This document shows, piece after piece, positions 19,741-30,054 of a DNA stretch of 64,000 nucleotides (position 1 is the stretch's first letter; each line of letters begins with the position of its first letter). The stretch is taken from NCBI GenBank assembly GCA_963725865.1, contig CAVSAC010000010.1, positions 320,001 to 384,000 on the forward strand, written 5' to 3'. The notes below the pieces were generated by a model. The model did no database searches. It saw only the letters and a list, made by a program, of their open reading frames with translations, and was not told the origin of the DNA. The position numbers and the translations under genes are program-made. Origin of the DNA: Candidatus Eiseniibacteriota bacterium. Lineage in GTDB: Bacteria > Eisenbacteria > RBG-16-71-46.

Positions 19741-20234
19741 GGGCCGCACGATGTCGCTCGTTCGAGCGCTCGTCGCATCGGCGGCGGCGGCTCGCTGTCG
19801 GTGTGTACTGGTCGCGCTTCCGCGGGCGCCCGCCGGGAGCGACTCGATGCGTGCAGGCGCCCGACCGTGGTGACGCCGGAGCGTGCCGCCCCCATCGAGT
19901 GATCGCCTACTACTTCCACACCACTTACCGCTGCGCCTCGTGCCGCGCCATCGAGGCCTACTCGCGAGAGGCCATCGAGAGCGCGTTCGCCGCGCCAGCT
20001 CAAGGACGGGCGGCTGGTCTGGAGGACGGTCAACGTCGAGGTGAAGGGCAACGAGCACTTCGTCGAGGACTACGGTCTCTACACCAAGTCGCTGGTGCTC
20101 GTGAACGAGGTCCGCGGCAAGCCCACGCAGTGGAAGAACCTCGAGAAGGTGTGGCAGCTCCTGCGGGACAAGGACGAAGTTCCTGCGCTACGTCCAGGAC
20201 GAGACCCGGATCTACGTCGCGGAAGGCTCGATGA
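19737..20234 (+). CDS. ArsF-like thioredoxin-fold protein (frameshifted)
   Basis: VIAYYFHTTYRCASCRAIE...NEHFVEDYGLYTKSLVL...WKNLEKVW. Confidence 0.65.
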   Translation: MRAARCRSFERSSHRRRRLAVGVYWSRFRGRPPGATRCVQAPDRGDAGACRPHRVIAYYFHTTYRCASCRAIEAYSREAIESAFAAPAQGRAAGLEDGQRRGEGQRALRRGLRSLHQVAGARERGPRQAHAVEEPREGVAAPAGQGRSSCATSRTRPGSTSRKAR

Positions 20235-20924
20235 CCGAGCTTCTTGCTGCAGGCTCGGCCGGCGTTCTGGCTGGGGATCCTCACGTCGATCAGCCCCTGC
20301 CCACTGGCGTCGAATATCGCGGCGGTCTCGTACGTGGGACGTCGCGTCGGCGCGCCCCATCGCGTGCTCCTCGCGGGCCTGGCGTACTCGCTGGGCCGGG
20401 CGGTGACCTACGTGGGGATCGCCATGATCGTGGTGACCAGCTTGCTGTCGGTGCCGAGCGTCTCGTTCTTCCTACAGCAGCGCATGAACCAGGTGCTGGG
20501 GCCCGTGCTGATCGCAGTGGGCCTGTTGATGCTCGGCTGGCTTCGACTGCCCTGGTTCAATGGCCACAGTGTCGGAGCGTTCGAGCAGCGACTGGCTGCA
20601 GCCGGCATCCCGGGGGCCGCCGGGCTCGGCGTGATCTTCGCCTTGTCGTTCTGCCCGGTATCAGCGGGCCTGTTCTTCGGCGGGCTCCTGCCGTTGGCCA
20701 CCGGGAGCGGATCCCGGCTCCTGCTACCCGCGATCTACGGCGTGGGCACCGGCCTGCCTGTCGTTGTGGTGGCGGCGCTGCTCGCACTCGGCGCTGGCGG
20801 GATTGGCCGCGCGTTCGAGGCGTTGACCCGCTTCGAGCGCGTCGCCACGCGGCTCACCGGTGGCGTGTTCGTACTGGCGGGGATCTACCTGGTCCTCACC
20901 CACATCGTCGGCCTCTCGATCTGA
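20231..20924 (+). CDS. ArsG-like / DsbD-CcdA-type membrane protein (frameshift near the start)
   Basis: WLGILTSISPCPLASNIAAVSY, FALSFCPVSAGLFFG and YGVGTGLPV. Confidence 0.75.
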
Positions 20925-20997
20925 ACCCGGAAGGATGGCATTGGGTAGAGCCCAACTGATCTCGAGCTGACGAAGCCAGTGAAGGAGGTAGCACCCG

Positions 20998-21299
20998 ATG
21001 ACCACTGTTGAAGTGTTCGATCCACCCATGTGCTGCAGCACCGGCGTCTGCGGGTCAAGCAGATCCTGGATGCCCTGGGTGTCGAGGGTCTACCCGTCGT
21101 TCTCGTCGATGGCCACCCGGTCAGACAGGGCGAATATCCCTCCCGCGAGCAGTTCCGCCCGCTCGCCCGGCTTGGCGGGCCAATCGCAGCGGAAAGCCGA
21201 CCGGCACCCGTGGCCGGACAGCCACCGATCTTCGATGAGCCGATCGCCGAGCTCGTGGACCACGGTGGGTCGATTGTCGTTCCAAAGCGACAGGTGTGA
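20998..21299 (+). pseudogene. arsD: ArsD metallochaperone with internal deletion and frameshift
   Basis: VFDPPMCCSTGVCG is joined directly to VKQIL...GVEGLPVVLVDG...GEYPSRE in another frame; the central segment is absent. Confidence 0.7.
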
Positions 21300-21304
21300 T
21301 CGTC

Positions 21305-23110
21305 ATGCCCTGGTACGAGCAACCCACTAGGTATCTCTTCTTCACCGGCAAGGGTGGCGTCGGCAAGACATCGCTCGCATGCGCGACCGCGGTGAAGCTG
21401 GCAGACCAGGGGCAGCGAGTGCTCCTGGTCAGCACCGACCCGGCGTCCAATCTCGCGCACGTCTTCGAGACCGACATCGGCGAACATGAGCCGACACCGA
21501 TCCACGACGTGGCCAACCTCTTCGCGCTCAACATCGACCCCGAGGCCGCGGCACAGGCCTACCGTGATCGGATCGTCGGCCCGGTGCGTGGGACCTTGCC
21601 GGATACGGTCGTTCGCCAGATGGAAGAGCAGCTCTCGGGGGCGTGCACGACCGAGATCGCGGCCTTCGATGAGTTCACCGCGCTGCTGACCGATGAGCAG
21701 GAGACGTCCGGCTACGACCACATCGTGTTCGACACCGCGCCCACCGGCCACACCCTACGACTGCTCCGCCTGCCCAGCGCGTGGACGGCCTTCCTGGATG
21801 CGGGCAAGGGCGACGCATCGTGTCTCGGTCCCCTCTCCGGGCTCAGCAAGCAACGCGAGCAATACAAGGCGGCTGTAAATGCACTCGCCGATGGTCAGCG
21901 CACCACGATGATTCTGGTCAGCCGTCCGCAGCGGGCGACGTTGGATGAGGCCGCCCGCACCAGCGGGGAGTTGACGGCGCTCGGTGTGAGGAGCCAGCGG
22001 TTGATCGTCAATGGACTGATGCCCACGTCGCTCAGCGGCGACCCGCTTGCTCGCGCGATGGCGCAGCGTGACCAGCAGGCGATGGAGCGCATGCCCGATG
22101 CCCTCAGGGGCCTTCCCACCGATCACGTGCTCCTGCAGCCCTTCAACATGGTCGGCACGAAATCGTTGCAAGCGCTGCTGGATCCCCCCGCTGACGGAAT
22201 CGTGACCATCGGCTCCTCCCTGGCCCTCCCGCCGGCCGACCTTCGCTCGCTGAGGGACCTCGTGGACGTGATCGAATCCGACGGCCACGGGCTCGTCATG
22301 GTTCTGGGTAAGGGCGGAGTCGGAAAGACGACGATCGCGGCTGCGGTGGCGGTGGAGTTGGCCTCGCGGGGCCACGACGTCCACCTCACCACGACCGATC
22401 CCGCGGCACACCTCGCTTCGACGATCGAATCTCAGGTCGCTCACATGGAAGTGAGCCGGATCGATCCGCTGGTCGAAATCGCGCGCTACCGGCAGCAAGT
22501 TCTGGAGACGAAGGGCAAGGGTCTCGACGCGCAGGGGCGGGCGATGTTGGAGGAGGATCTGCGCTCGCCGTGCACGGAAGAGATCGCCGTCTTCCAGGCG
22601 TTCTCCAAGGTGATTCGAGAAGCGCGACGGAAGTTCGTCGTCGTGGATACCGCGCCGACTGGGCATACGCTGCTGCTGCTCGACGCCACGGGCTCGTACC
22701 ATCGCGATGTCATGCGGCACGTGAAGGGGGGCACGCATTTCGTCACGCCGATGATGATGCTGCAGGACCCGGCTCAGACCAAGATGCTGATCGTCACCCT
22801 GCCGGAAACCACGCCGGTGCTCGAGGCGGCCGCCCTGCAGGAGGACCTCCGCCGGGCGCACATCGAGCCGTGGGCGTGGGTCGTCAATGGATCGCTGGCG
22901 GCGGTGGGTCCGAGCGACCCGTTGCTGGTCGCGAGGGTGCGGACCGAGATTCCTCAGCTGGAAAAGGTCCAGCATGGGCTCGCCCATCGCGTCGCACTGG
23001 TGCCCTGGTTGGCCCAGGAGCCAGTGGGCGCCGAGTTGCTACGTGAGCTGACTCGGAGCAGGATCGACGGCGTCCGCAAGGCTGGCCCGAGCGCGTGGTG
23101 GTCCGCATGA
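21305..23110 (+). CDS. arsA: Arsenical pump-driving ATPase
   Basis: Two GKGGVGKT P-loops, STDPASNL, LSGACT and two DTAPTGHT motifs. Confidence 0.95.
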   Translation: MPWYEQPTRYLFFTGKGGVGKTSLACATAVKLADQGQRVLLVSTDPASNLAHVFETDIGEHEPTPIHDVANLFALNIDPEAAAQAYRDRIVGPVRGTLPDTVVRQMEEQLSGACTTEIAAFDEFTALLTDEQETSGYDHIVFDTAPTGHTLRLLRLPSAWTAFLDAGKGDASCLGPLSGLSKQREQYKAAVNALADGQRTTMILVSRPQRATLDEAARTSGELTALGVRSQRLIVNGLMPTSLSGDPLARAMAQRDQQAMERMPDALRGLPTDHVLLQPFNMVGTKSLQALLDPPADGIVTIGSSLALPPADLRSLRDLVDVIESDGHGLVMVLGKGGVGKTTIAAAVAVELASRGHDVHLTTTDPAAHLASTIESQVAHMEVSRIDPLVEIARYRQQVLETKGKGLDAQGRAMLEEDLRSPCTEEIAVFQAFSKVIREARRKFVVVDTAPTGHTLLLLDATGSYHRDVMRHVKGGTHFVTPMMMLQDPAQTKMLIVTLPETTPVLEAAALQEDLRRAHIEPWAWVVNGSLAAVGPSDPLLVARVRTEIPQLEKVQHGLAHRVALVPWLAQEPVGAELLRELTRSRIDGVRKAGPSAWWSA

Positions 23111-23268
23111 TGGATCGTACCCGCGCAACTGTCTCGCAGTGCCCGTGGAATGGGCCGGTGAGCCCACTCCCATCAGCGGGCTCACGTGGGCTCCGTGTTC
23201 CGATGGGGACGCCGCCCGCGCCACGAGTCGGCCGACGGGTCGAGCGGCGCCAGGATCCCCGGAGCGCG

Positions 23269-23760
23269 TCATCTCAACCGAACGAGCGGACGCGTGTCTC
23301 GAACTCCTGGTGCCGCGAGTGCGATCGAGTACAGTCCCGCTCTCGCGCGACGGCCGGAATCGCCGAGTCCGTGCCACGTCAGTGTGTGCGATCCGGGCGC
23401 GAGCGTGCCCGCGGCCAGCGTCGCCACCCGCGCGCCGCGAACGTCGAAGACCTGGAGGCACGCCGGGCCGCCGCGCGCCAACGAGAAACGGATGGCCGTG
23501 CCCGCGCGAAACGGATTGGGGCTGGCGGACTGGATGCCGGTGAGGTCGGCCGAGCCGCCCGGAACGGCGGTGATCCCGGGCAGGACCATTTCGGAGCTGT
23601 CGGAGATCATCACGGCATCGATCTCGTTCCAGTCGCGCACCAGGTCAGAGGCCACCGTGATGCGAACGGCGTCCACCGGGAAGGATGTCTTCGGGAATTC
23701 GACGGCCAGGATGGTCGCCACCTGGGGCTGCACGGACCGGGTCCGCCGAGTCGACGAGGC
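23269..23760 (-). pseudogene. C-terminal fragment of a secreted protein (WNEIDAV domain plus FlgD-Ig C-terminal domain)
   Basis: FPKTSFPVDAVRITV....DWNEIDAV then SPNPF...FDVRG...W.G....G.Y; no credible start. Confidence 0.6.
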
Positions 23761-23878
23761 TGCCGTGCTGGGCCGTGGCCGTGGCCGAGTCCCACCACCG
23801 CCTCCTCGCGCGCGCTCGCGGACGGCGTGACAGGAGCCCGCACGGCGCTCGGGGCGGACGTCGTGCGGGCCCCTCCCG

Positions 23879-26800
23879 TCACGGCAGAACCACGATCCGC
23901 CCGGTCCTCCGTTCTCCACCCACCTCGAGCCTGAGCAGGTAGAGCCCGGCCGGGAGCCCCGCGCGCTCGATCGCGAGCGCATGCGATCCCACCTCGAGCC
24001 GATCGCCCGCGAGCAGCCGCCGCACGCGGCGGCCGCCGACATCGAACAGCTCGAGCGACACGCTCCCGGCCGCCGGCAGGTCGAAGCGCAACAGTCCGCG
24101 CGCGCGCAGGGGATGCGGGCTGCAGGCATGGAGCCGAAGCGCCGGAATGCCGGCGAGCGCCGGGACGTCGACCAGGGTCGGGTCCTCGATTACGGCCCAG
24201 CCTCCGGCCGGCACGCCGCCGAGGTAGTCGAACACGCCGCCGGCGAACACGCGGCCCCCGACCGCGGTCAGCGACGTCACGTCGGACGTGATCGGAGCGG
24301 CGTCGGCCCGCCAGCTTCGGGCCAGCCCGCTCACGGCATCGATCGCGACGAGCTTCTCGATCGGCAGCCCGCCGACGGTGCTGAACGTGCCGCCCGCGTA
24401 GACGGTCGCGCCGCTCACCGCCAGGGCGTGAACTGGCGAGACCGAATTGGGGTCCCAGGCGGTGGCGAGGCCCGTGGCGAACGCGAGGCCGGCGAGTCGG
24501 TTCCGGCTCGCTCCCCCGATCGTCGTGAACGAGCCACCCACGTAGAGTTGGTCGCCGCCGAGCGCGAGCGCCAGGACGTCGCCATTCGGATTCGGGTTCC
24601 ACGCGGTGGCCGCGCTTGACAGGACGTCGATGGCCGCGAGGCGATTGCGGGCGACCACGCCCACCTGCGTGAAGTTGCCGCCGGCGTACACGAGGTTGCC
24701 TGCCGCCGCGATCGTCGCCGGCTGCGCGTTGAGGACCGGCGCGAAGCTCCCGAGCCCGCCGGTCTGCGCGTCCACCGCGGCGAGGTGATGGCGCGTCACG
24801 CCATTGACCGCGAAGACGAGGCCGCCGAGAAAGACCAGGTCGCCGTTCAGCGCGAGCGCGCCGACGTAGCCGTCGATCACCGGGCTCCACGACTTCAACA
24901 GGCCGGTGGCGAGGTCGAAGGCCGCCAGGTCGGTCCGCGGCTGGCCGGCGATCTGGTCGAAGAATCCGCCGACGTAGAGCGTGCTCCCATTGGCGACCAG
25001 CGCCTCGACGTCGCGATCCGGATTCGGCGCCCACGCGGTGGCCTGCCCGGTCGTCAGGTCGACGGCCGCGAGATTGCTGCGCGGAACTCCACCCATCAAG
25101 CGGAACAAACCGCCTGCGTACACGCGTCCGCCGCTCGGCGCCAGCGCCCAGACGAATCCCTCCGCACCGCTCGCCGCCGGGTCCCAACTGGTGAGCGTCC
25201 CACTGGCGACGTCGAACGCCGCGAGGTGGAGTCGCGGCTGGCCCGCGACGCTCGAGAAGCTGCCGCCGACGAAGAGCTTCCCCTGGTCGAGCGCCAGGGC
25301 CCGGACGAAGTAGTCCGGATCGGGATTCCAAGCCGTCACCGCGCCGGTCGTGGCGTCGACGGAAGCGAGATACATGCGCGGTTGTCCGCCCATCAGGCCG
25401 AACGCCCCGCCCGCGTACACCGTGCTGCCACTGAGCGCCAACGTGTACACGATTCCGTTCGAGTTCGGATTCCAGCCGGTCGCCAATCCAGTGCCGACGT
25501 CCAAGGCTGCCAGGCGCGCCCGGGTCTGCCCTCCGATCGAGGTGAAGCCGCCACCCGCGTAGAGGGTGCTGCCGCTCAGCAGGAGCGTCCAGATCGGGTT
25601 GTCCGCGGCCGGATTCCACGCCGTGGCCAGGCCGGTCGCGCGATCGATCGCGGCGATGTAGGCCCGAGGCTGACCGCCGATGCTCGTGAACCAGCCGCCG
25701 ACGTAGGTGAGGGCGTCGGTCACGACGATCGCGCTCACCCGGGTCTGATAGTTGAGCCCGGTCGCGGACGGACTCCAGGACTTCGGGTTGTCGGTGGTGC
25801 CGTCGACGGCGCCGATGCACTCGCGCGCCTGGCCGCCGAGCTGGGTGAAGAAGCCGCCCGCGTACACCGTGACGTCGTGATGCCGCGCGGCGCCTCCCGT
25901 GCCGACCACGAAGATGTCGTCAGCGGCGCTGCCCCAGATGCCGTACAGCGCGGTGGCGGTGCCGCTGCTCATGGCGCTCCAGCCGAGCCCGTTGAAGTGG
26001 AGGATGGTGCCCGAGCTGCCGACCACGTAGAGATCGCCGCTCGACCCGCCCCAGATCGATCGGAGCACGGCGGTGCTGCCGCTCGTCATCGCGCTCCACG
26101 CCACGCCGTTGAACCGCAGGATGGTCCCGCTGCCGCCGACTGCGAACACGTTCGAGGCCGAGGTTCCCCACACGCCGTACAGGTTCACGGTCGTGCCACT
26201 CGTCATCGCGTTCCACGTCGAGCCGTTGTAGCGGAGGATGGTTCCGTTGCCTCCCACCGCGAAGACGTTCGTGGCGGAGCTGCCCCACACGGAGTGCAGG
26301 ATCTCGGTGGTGCCGCTCGTCATCGGGGCGACCGACGTCCCGTTGTAGCGCAGGATCGTGCCGGTCTGTCCGACGGCGAACGCATTGCTCGCCGAGCTCG
26401 CCCAGACGCCGTTGAGATTGAGGGTCGTGCCGCTGGGAACCGCACCCCAATTGCTGCCGTTGTAGTAGACGATCGCGCCGCCCTGGCCCACCGCGATGAT
26501 GGAGCTGGTCGAGACCCCGCGCACGCAGGTGAGATTCGCGGTCGTCCCGCTCGTCATGCCCGACCAGGCCGAGCCGTTGTAGCGCCGAATGGTTCCGGCA
26601 TCGCCCACCGCGTAGACGCTGGTCGCGGACGCCGTCCACACGTCCTGCAACAGGTTGATCGTGCCCGTCGTCATGGCGTTCCAGTAGTCCGCCTCGGAAA
26701 GGCCGCCGGTCGCGAGGGCGAGCACCTCGTCGTCGGCTCCGGGATTCCAGGCGCTCACCGTGAGATTGGAACGGATGTGCGCGAGGTTCTTGCGCGCGAT

Positions 26801-27199
26801 GCCCCCGACGGAGTCGAACACGCCGCCGATGAACCAACCGCTGCGCCCGTCCCCGACCACAGCGGTGATGCTCCCGCGATAGGACGTCCCCCGCACCTTG
26901 GGGAATCCCGCGATCGGAACGCCCGTGGTCGGGTCGATGGGAACCCCCGCACCGACGAAGGGTGCGACTCGCGCGAACTGGCCGCCGAGGTAGAGCGTGT
27001 TGCCGACGAGCGCCGTGGCGTTCACCGGCCCGTCCGTCAACCACACGTCGGAGCGGACGTGCTGGCCGAACGCGAGCGTGGGGATCATCGCAGCGGCCAG
27101 GAGCAGCCCGACCGCCCCGAAGACGAGGCGCCGCGTTCGGTGACCGCGTTCGAGCGCGAGGCGGAATGCGAAGCGATACGGCAGATGGGGTCGTCGCAT
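23879..27199 (-). CDS. Large secreted beta-propeller protein (WNP repeats, inserted SGTT/VWG repeat module, FlgD-Ig/T9SS-like C-terminal domain)
   Basis: Repeats LYxGGxF..IGG..R..LAA.D..TG....WNP and SGTT..L.GVWGSS...VFAVG..GTIL.YNG; GGAGG RBS. Confidence 0.85.
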   Translation of the reverse strand: MRRPHLPYRFAFRLALERGHRTRRLVFGAVGLLLAAAMIPTLAFGQHVRSDVWLTDGPVNATALVGNTLYLGGQFARVAPFVGAGVPIDPTTGVPIAGFPKVRGTSYRGSITAVVGDGRSGWFIGGVFDSVGGIARKNLAHIRSNLTVSAWNPGADDEVLALATGGLSEADYWNAMTTGTINLLQDVWTASATSVYAVGDAGTIRRYNGSAWSGMTSGTTANLTCVRGVSTSSIIAVGQGGAIVYYNGSNWGAVPSGTTLNLNGVWASSASNAFAVGQTGTILRYNGTSVAPMTSGTTEILHSVWGSSATNVFAVGGNGTILRYNGSTWNAMTSGTTVNLYGVWGTSASNVFAVGGSGTILRFNGVAWSAMTSGSTAVLRSIWGGSSGDLYVVGSSGTILHFNGLGWSAMSSGTATALYGIWGSAADDIFVVGTGGAARHHDVTVYAGGFFTQLGGQARECIGAVDGTTDNPKSWSPSATGLNYQTRVSAIVVTDALTYVGGWFTSIGGQPRAYIAAIDRATGLATAWNPAADNPIWTLLLSGSTLYAGGGFTSIGGQTRARLAALDVGTGLATGWNPNSNGIVYTLALSGSTVYAGGAFGLMGGQPRMYLASVDATTGAVTAWNPDPDYFVRALALDQGKLFVGGSFSSVAGQPRLHLAAFDVASGTLTSWDPAASGAEGFVWALAPSGGRVYAGGLFRLMGGVPRSNLAAVDLTTGQATAWAPNPDRDVEALVANGSTLYVGGFFDQIAGQPRTDLAAFDLATGLLKSWSPVIDGYVGALALNGDLVFLGGLVFAVNGVTRHHLAAVDAQTGGLGSFAPVLNAQPATIAAAGNLVYAGGNFTQVGVVARNRLAAIDVLSSAATAWNPNPNGDVLALALGGDQLYVGGSFTTIGGASRNRLAGLAFATGLATAWDPNSVSPVHALAVSGATVYAGGTFSTVGGLPIEKLVAIDAVSGLARSWRADAAPITSDVTSLTAVGGRVFAGGVFDYLGGVPAGGWAVIEDPTLVDVPALAGIPALRLHACSPHPLRARGLLRFDLPAAGSVSLELFDVGGRRVRRLLAGDRLEVGSHALAIERAGLPAGLYLLRLEVGGERRTGRIVVLP

Positions 27200-27494
27200 G
27201 ACGGCACACCTCCACGGACACGGGCGATGCTTGAGCGCCGTGTCCTGCCGGCCCCTGGGGTAGGGCCGTCCGGGGTGCAGCGAGGGCCCGTCGGCTGCGA
27301 GAGGCGCCGGTCTCTCGATGCGGCGGCTGCAACCGTGGCCGGCGGGGGGAGGTCGAAGGAGATGCTACCTTCGAGCGAGGATCCTCCAATGCCTCCTTCC
27401 GGAGACGGTCCGGCCCCAGACCCATCGGCCGGAGGAAGGGCGATTGTGGTGCTAGGCTCGCGGCGCTCGCATACCCACCCGAAAGGAGCCCTTC

Positions 27495-27791
27495 ATGAAG
27501 CGCTGGACCCTGGTCGCCTCGTCGCTCGCCGTGATCGCGGCCGTCCTGCTCGTGGCCGGGTGCGCCGGGCCGAACCCGCTGGTCCACACCCCGGGCGCCC
27601 GCGGAATTGCCGGGTTCTGGGCCGGGCTGTGGCATGGGGTGACGCTGGTCTTCACCTTCCTCATCTCGCTGTTCAACCACGAGGTGCACGTCTACGAAGT
27701 GCACAACAGCGGGTGGAGGTACGACCTCGGCTTCGTGCTCGGCACCGTGATCCTGCTCGGCGGCGGGGGCCGCGGTTCCCATCGTCGCTGA
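27495..27791 (+). CDS. Small membrane lipoprotein, hypothetical
   Basis: AAAGGAG RBS; lipobox VAGC; GFWAGLWHG...YEVHNSGWRYDLGF. Confidence 0.75.
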   Translation: MKRWTLVASSLAVIAAVLLVAGCAGPNPLVHTPGARGIAGFWAGLWHGVTLVFTFLISLFNHEVHVYEVHNSGWRYDLGFVLGTVILLGGGGRGSHRR

Positions 27792-28060
27792 CCGACCGCG
27801 GCCGGGCCGGTCGCCGCGTGCAGCTCGGGGCCGCCCTTACCGTGCTCCCACACGAACAGCGACTTCGCGAGCCGGACCGGCTCTCCGGCCTTTGCAGCCA
27901 GGCAAGCGCGGTCGCCATGAGCTGCGAGCGGCCGGTGACGATTCGAAAGCGATTCCCTTTGCTCGAAGTGGCGCGCAGCCGCGATACCGCACCGGAGTCG
28001 GAAACGGGCGCCGAGCTGGCTGGTCCCGCGAGCACCGAGAGCATTGCGAGGCTCGGCACG

Positions 28061-28446
28061 TCATCGCAATTCGGCGCCGAGTCGGCCGACGGGCCGAGCG
28101 GCGGTGTAGCAGACTGGCCCAAATTGCGAACTCGCGACGGCATCCGACGCCCACTGGCGGCGGAGGAATCCCTTCGCGCCGATCGCGACCGCGTCGATCT
28201 CGTTCCAGCCGATCACCGCCGGGGAGCCGAGAGCCAGCCGTCCGGCGTCGAGCTCGCCCAGGCCGTCTTGCGATCTCCGTAGACCGGGTAGGTGCGGGGA
28301 TATCCGAGCGCCTGCGCGACCGAGACGGAAAGCGAGTCCGCCTCGCCCCCACACGCCGAGAGCGGACCGGTGACCACGGCCACCAGGGCGGCCGCGGCGA
28401 GTCGCGAGCGAGTGTCGTGAGACCAAGCAGCCGGCAGGGTCCGCAT
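28061..28446 (-). pseudogene. Degraded N-terminal fragment of a WNEIDAV-domain secreted protein
   Basis: Signal-like MRTLP..., QALGYP.TYP.YGD...AWASSTPD, then SPAVIGWNEIDAVAI...QWAS.A.ASSQF in another frame. Confidence 0.55.
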
Positions 28447-28626
28447 GATGGTCGTCCTCTGGCGTGGACCGCATCGGGGCCGCACTCCGTCCGACGTCCG
28501 ATCGACCTCGAGCGAACGCCTTCCGCCCGACCCAAGGTCCATCATGCAGGATTCCCGGAGGTGCGGGCTCCCGAACTCGTTCCGTTGAGACCATGGTCGG
28601 CGCGCGCCACCCGAGTCGCTGGCGGT

Positions 28627-29928
28627 TCACGCGAGCAGCGGGCCGCGGCGAAGGGGCTCGGGAACCTCGATGTCGATCGCGGCGTAGAACACGCGCCCGC
28701 GGTCGTCGAACTCGCGCACGAGACGCAGCATCATCCCGAGGTCGGGACGCGCCCTGCCCGTGAACAGCCTCGCTCCATTCACCGTGACCATGACGTCCTG
28801 CGAGAAGTCCACCATGCGTGGATGGAGATAGAGGGTCATACGTCGGGCATTGACGCTCGAGATCTCGAACGCGTTACCTCTCCCATAGGCCGCCTCCACC
28901 CGCTGCACCGCCACGTCCGGAGGAGTGTCGGGCGGCAACGGCGCGAGGCGCAGCCAGTGAAATGTGCTCACCGGGATCGGCCTGCCAGCCTTCCAGGTGT
29001 GAGCGCGTCCCCAGTCCGCGTACGCGTCGGCGGCATTGAATTCCAGCGGTCCGCCAGCGCGAGCGCGAACGGTGGGTCGAAACGGATTCCTCGGGTGATC
29101 GAGGAAGAACCGCGCGACTCGCGGGATCTCGGCGGGGAAGATCTCGTGGCCGCCTTCGCATTCGACGTGCACCCAGGGGTAGGCGTTCGCTTCCATATAC
29201 GCCTTGATGGCGCGGTTGTATTCGGCGATCCGGAACGGCTCGTGCGAGCCCCACGTGGCGTAGCCGGGGACGTTGACCAGGCTCTCGACCTGCCGGTCCT
29301 GCACGTAGTCGTATCCCCCGCTCATCGGACTGACGGCGCCCCAGCGATCGGCGAAGTTGATCCCGCAGCGCCAGGCGAGATGGCCGCCCATGGAATGCCC
29401 GGTGACATGGATTCGGTCGGGGTCGACGTGGTATTCCCGGGTCGCCCGCGAGATCGCGCTGAACAGGATCGAGTTGCCGATGACACCCCAGCCTCGATCC
29501 GTGAGCGGAGCCAGGAGGATGAGCCCATTCGCCTCCGCGGCCTCAAACCAGAACGGCTCCATGCCGCCGCGAGCAGCCCACGCTGCGAACTCCAGATCGC
29601 GGGAGACGCTGCCGCCGTGCCCGATGACGACCAGCGGCCACAGCCTGCGCCGGTCGTACGCGCGCGGCAGATAGACCATGTACTGGACGCGGTGATCGAC
29701 GTGGTCGCACTCCAACTCCATGGGCTCGGAGAGTTCCCCGGGCGGATGGGACGGCTCCGGGTAGCGCAGCCGCCCCTCGCGCAGGAGTCGCTCGACCCCG
29801 GCGGCGTCGAGTTCCGCCCTGGCGAGCGTCTCGAGCAGCGGCTCGAGCGGCGCACTGCGCTCGAAACGCGTATCGAGCCAGTCGTCGAGCGCCTCGTGGG
29901 CGATCCGTGTGCGCGGGGGGGCGGTCAT
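28627..29928 (-). CDS. Alpha/beta hydrolase (esterase/peptidase-like)
   Basis: VYLP..YD....PLVV..HG, VDPDRI.VTGHSMGG and GGHE. Confidence 0.8.
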   Translation of the reverse strand: MTAPPRTRIAHEALDDWLDTRFERSAPLEPLLETLARAELDAAGVERLLREGRLRYPEPSHPPGELSEPMELECDHVDHRVQYMVYLPRAYDRRRLWPLVVIGHGGSVSRDLEFAAWAARGGMEPFWFEAAEANGLILLAPLTDRGWGVIGNSILFSAISRATREYHVDPDRIHVTGHSMGGHLAWRCGINFADRWGAVSPMSGGYDYVQDRQVESLVNVPGYATWGSHEPFRIAEYNRAIKAYMEANAYPWVHVECEGGHEIFPAEIPRVARFFLDHPRNPFRPTVRARAGGPLEFNAADAYADWGRAHTWKAGRPIPVSTFHWLRLAPLPPDTPPDVAVQRVEAAYGRGNAFEISSVNARRMTLYLHPRMVDFSQDVMVTVNGARLFTGRARPDLGMMLRLVREFDDRGRVFYAAIDIEVPEPLRRGPLLA

Positions 29929-30054
29929 GTCCAGTCTAGCCAGGGGCGTGAGCTCTGGGGCCCGTCGCGACCATGCGCAATGCCGACGATCAGCGAGAGA
30001 GCAGCGCGTGGCCTGCAGGACTCGAAACGTCCGCGCGCGGAAGCGTCCCGACCC

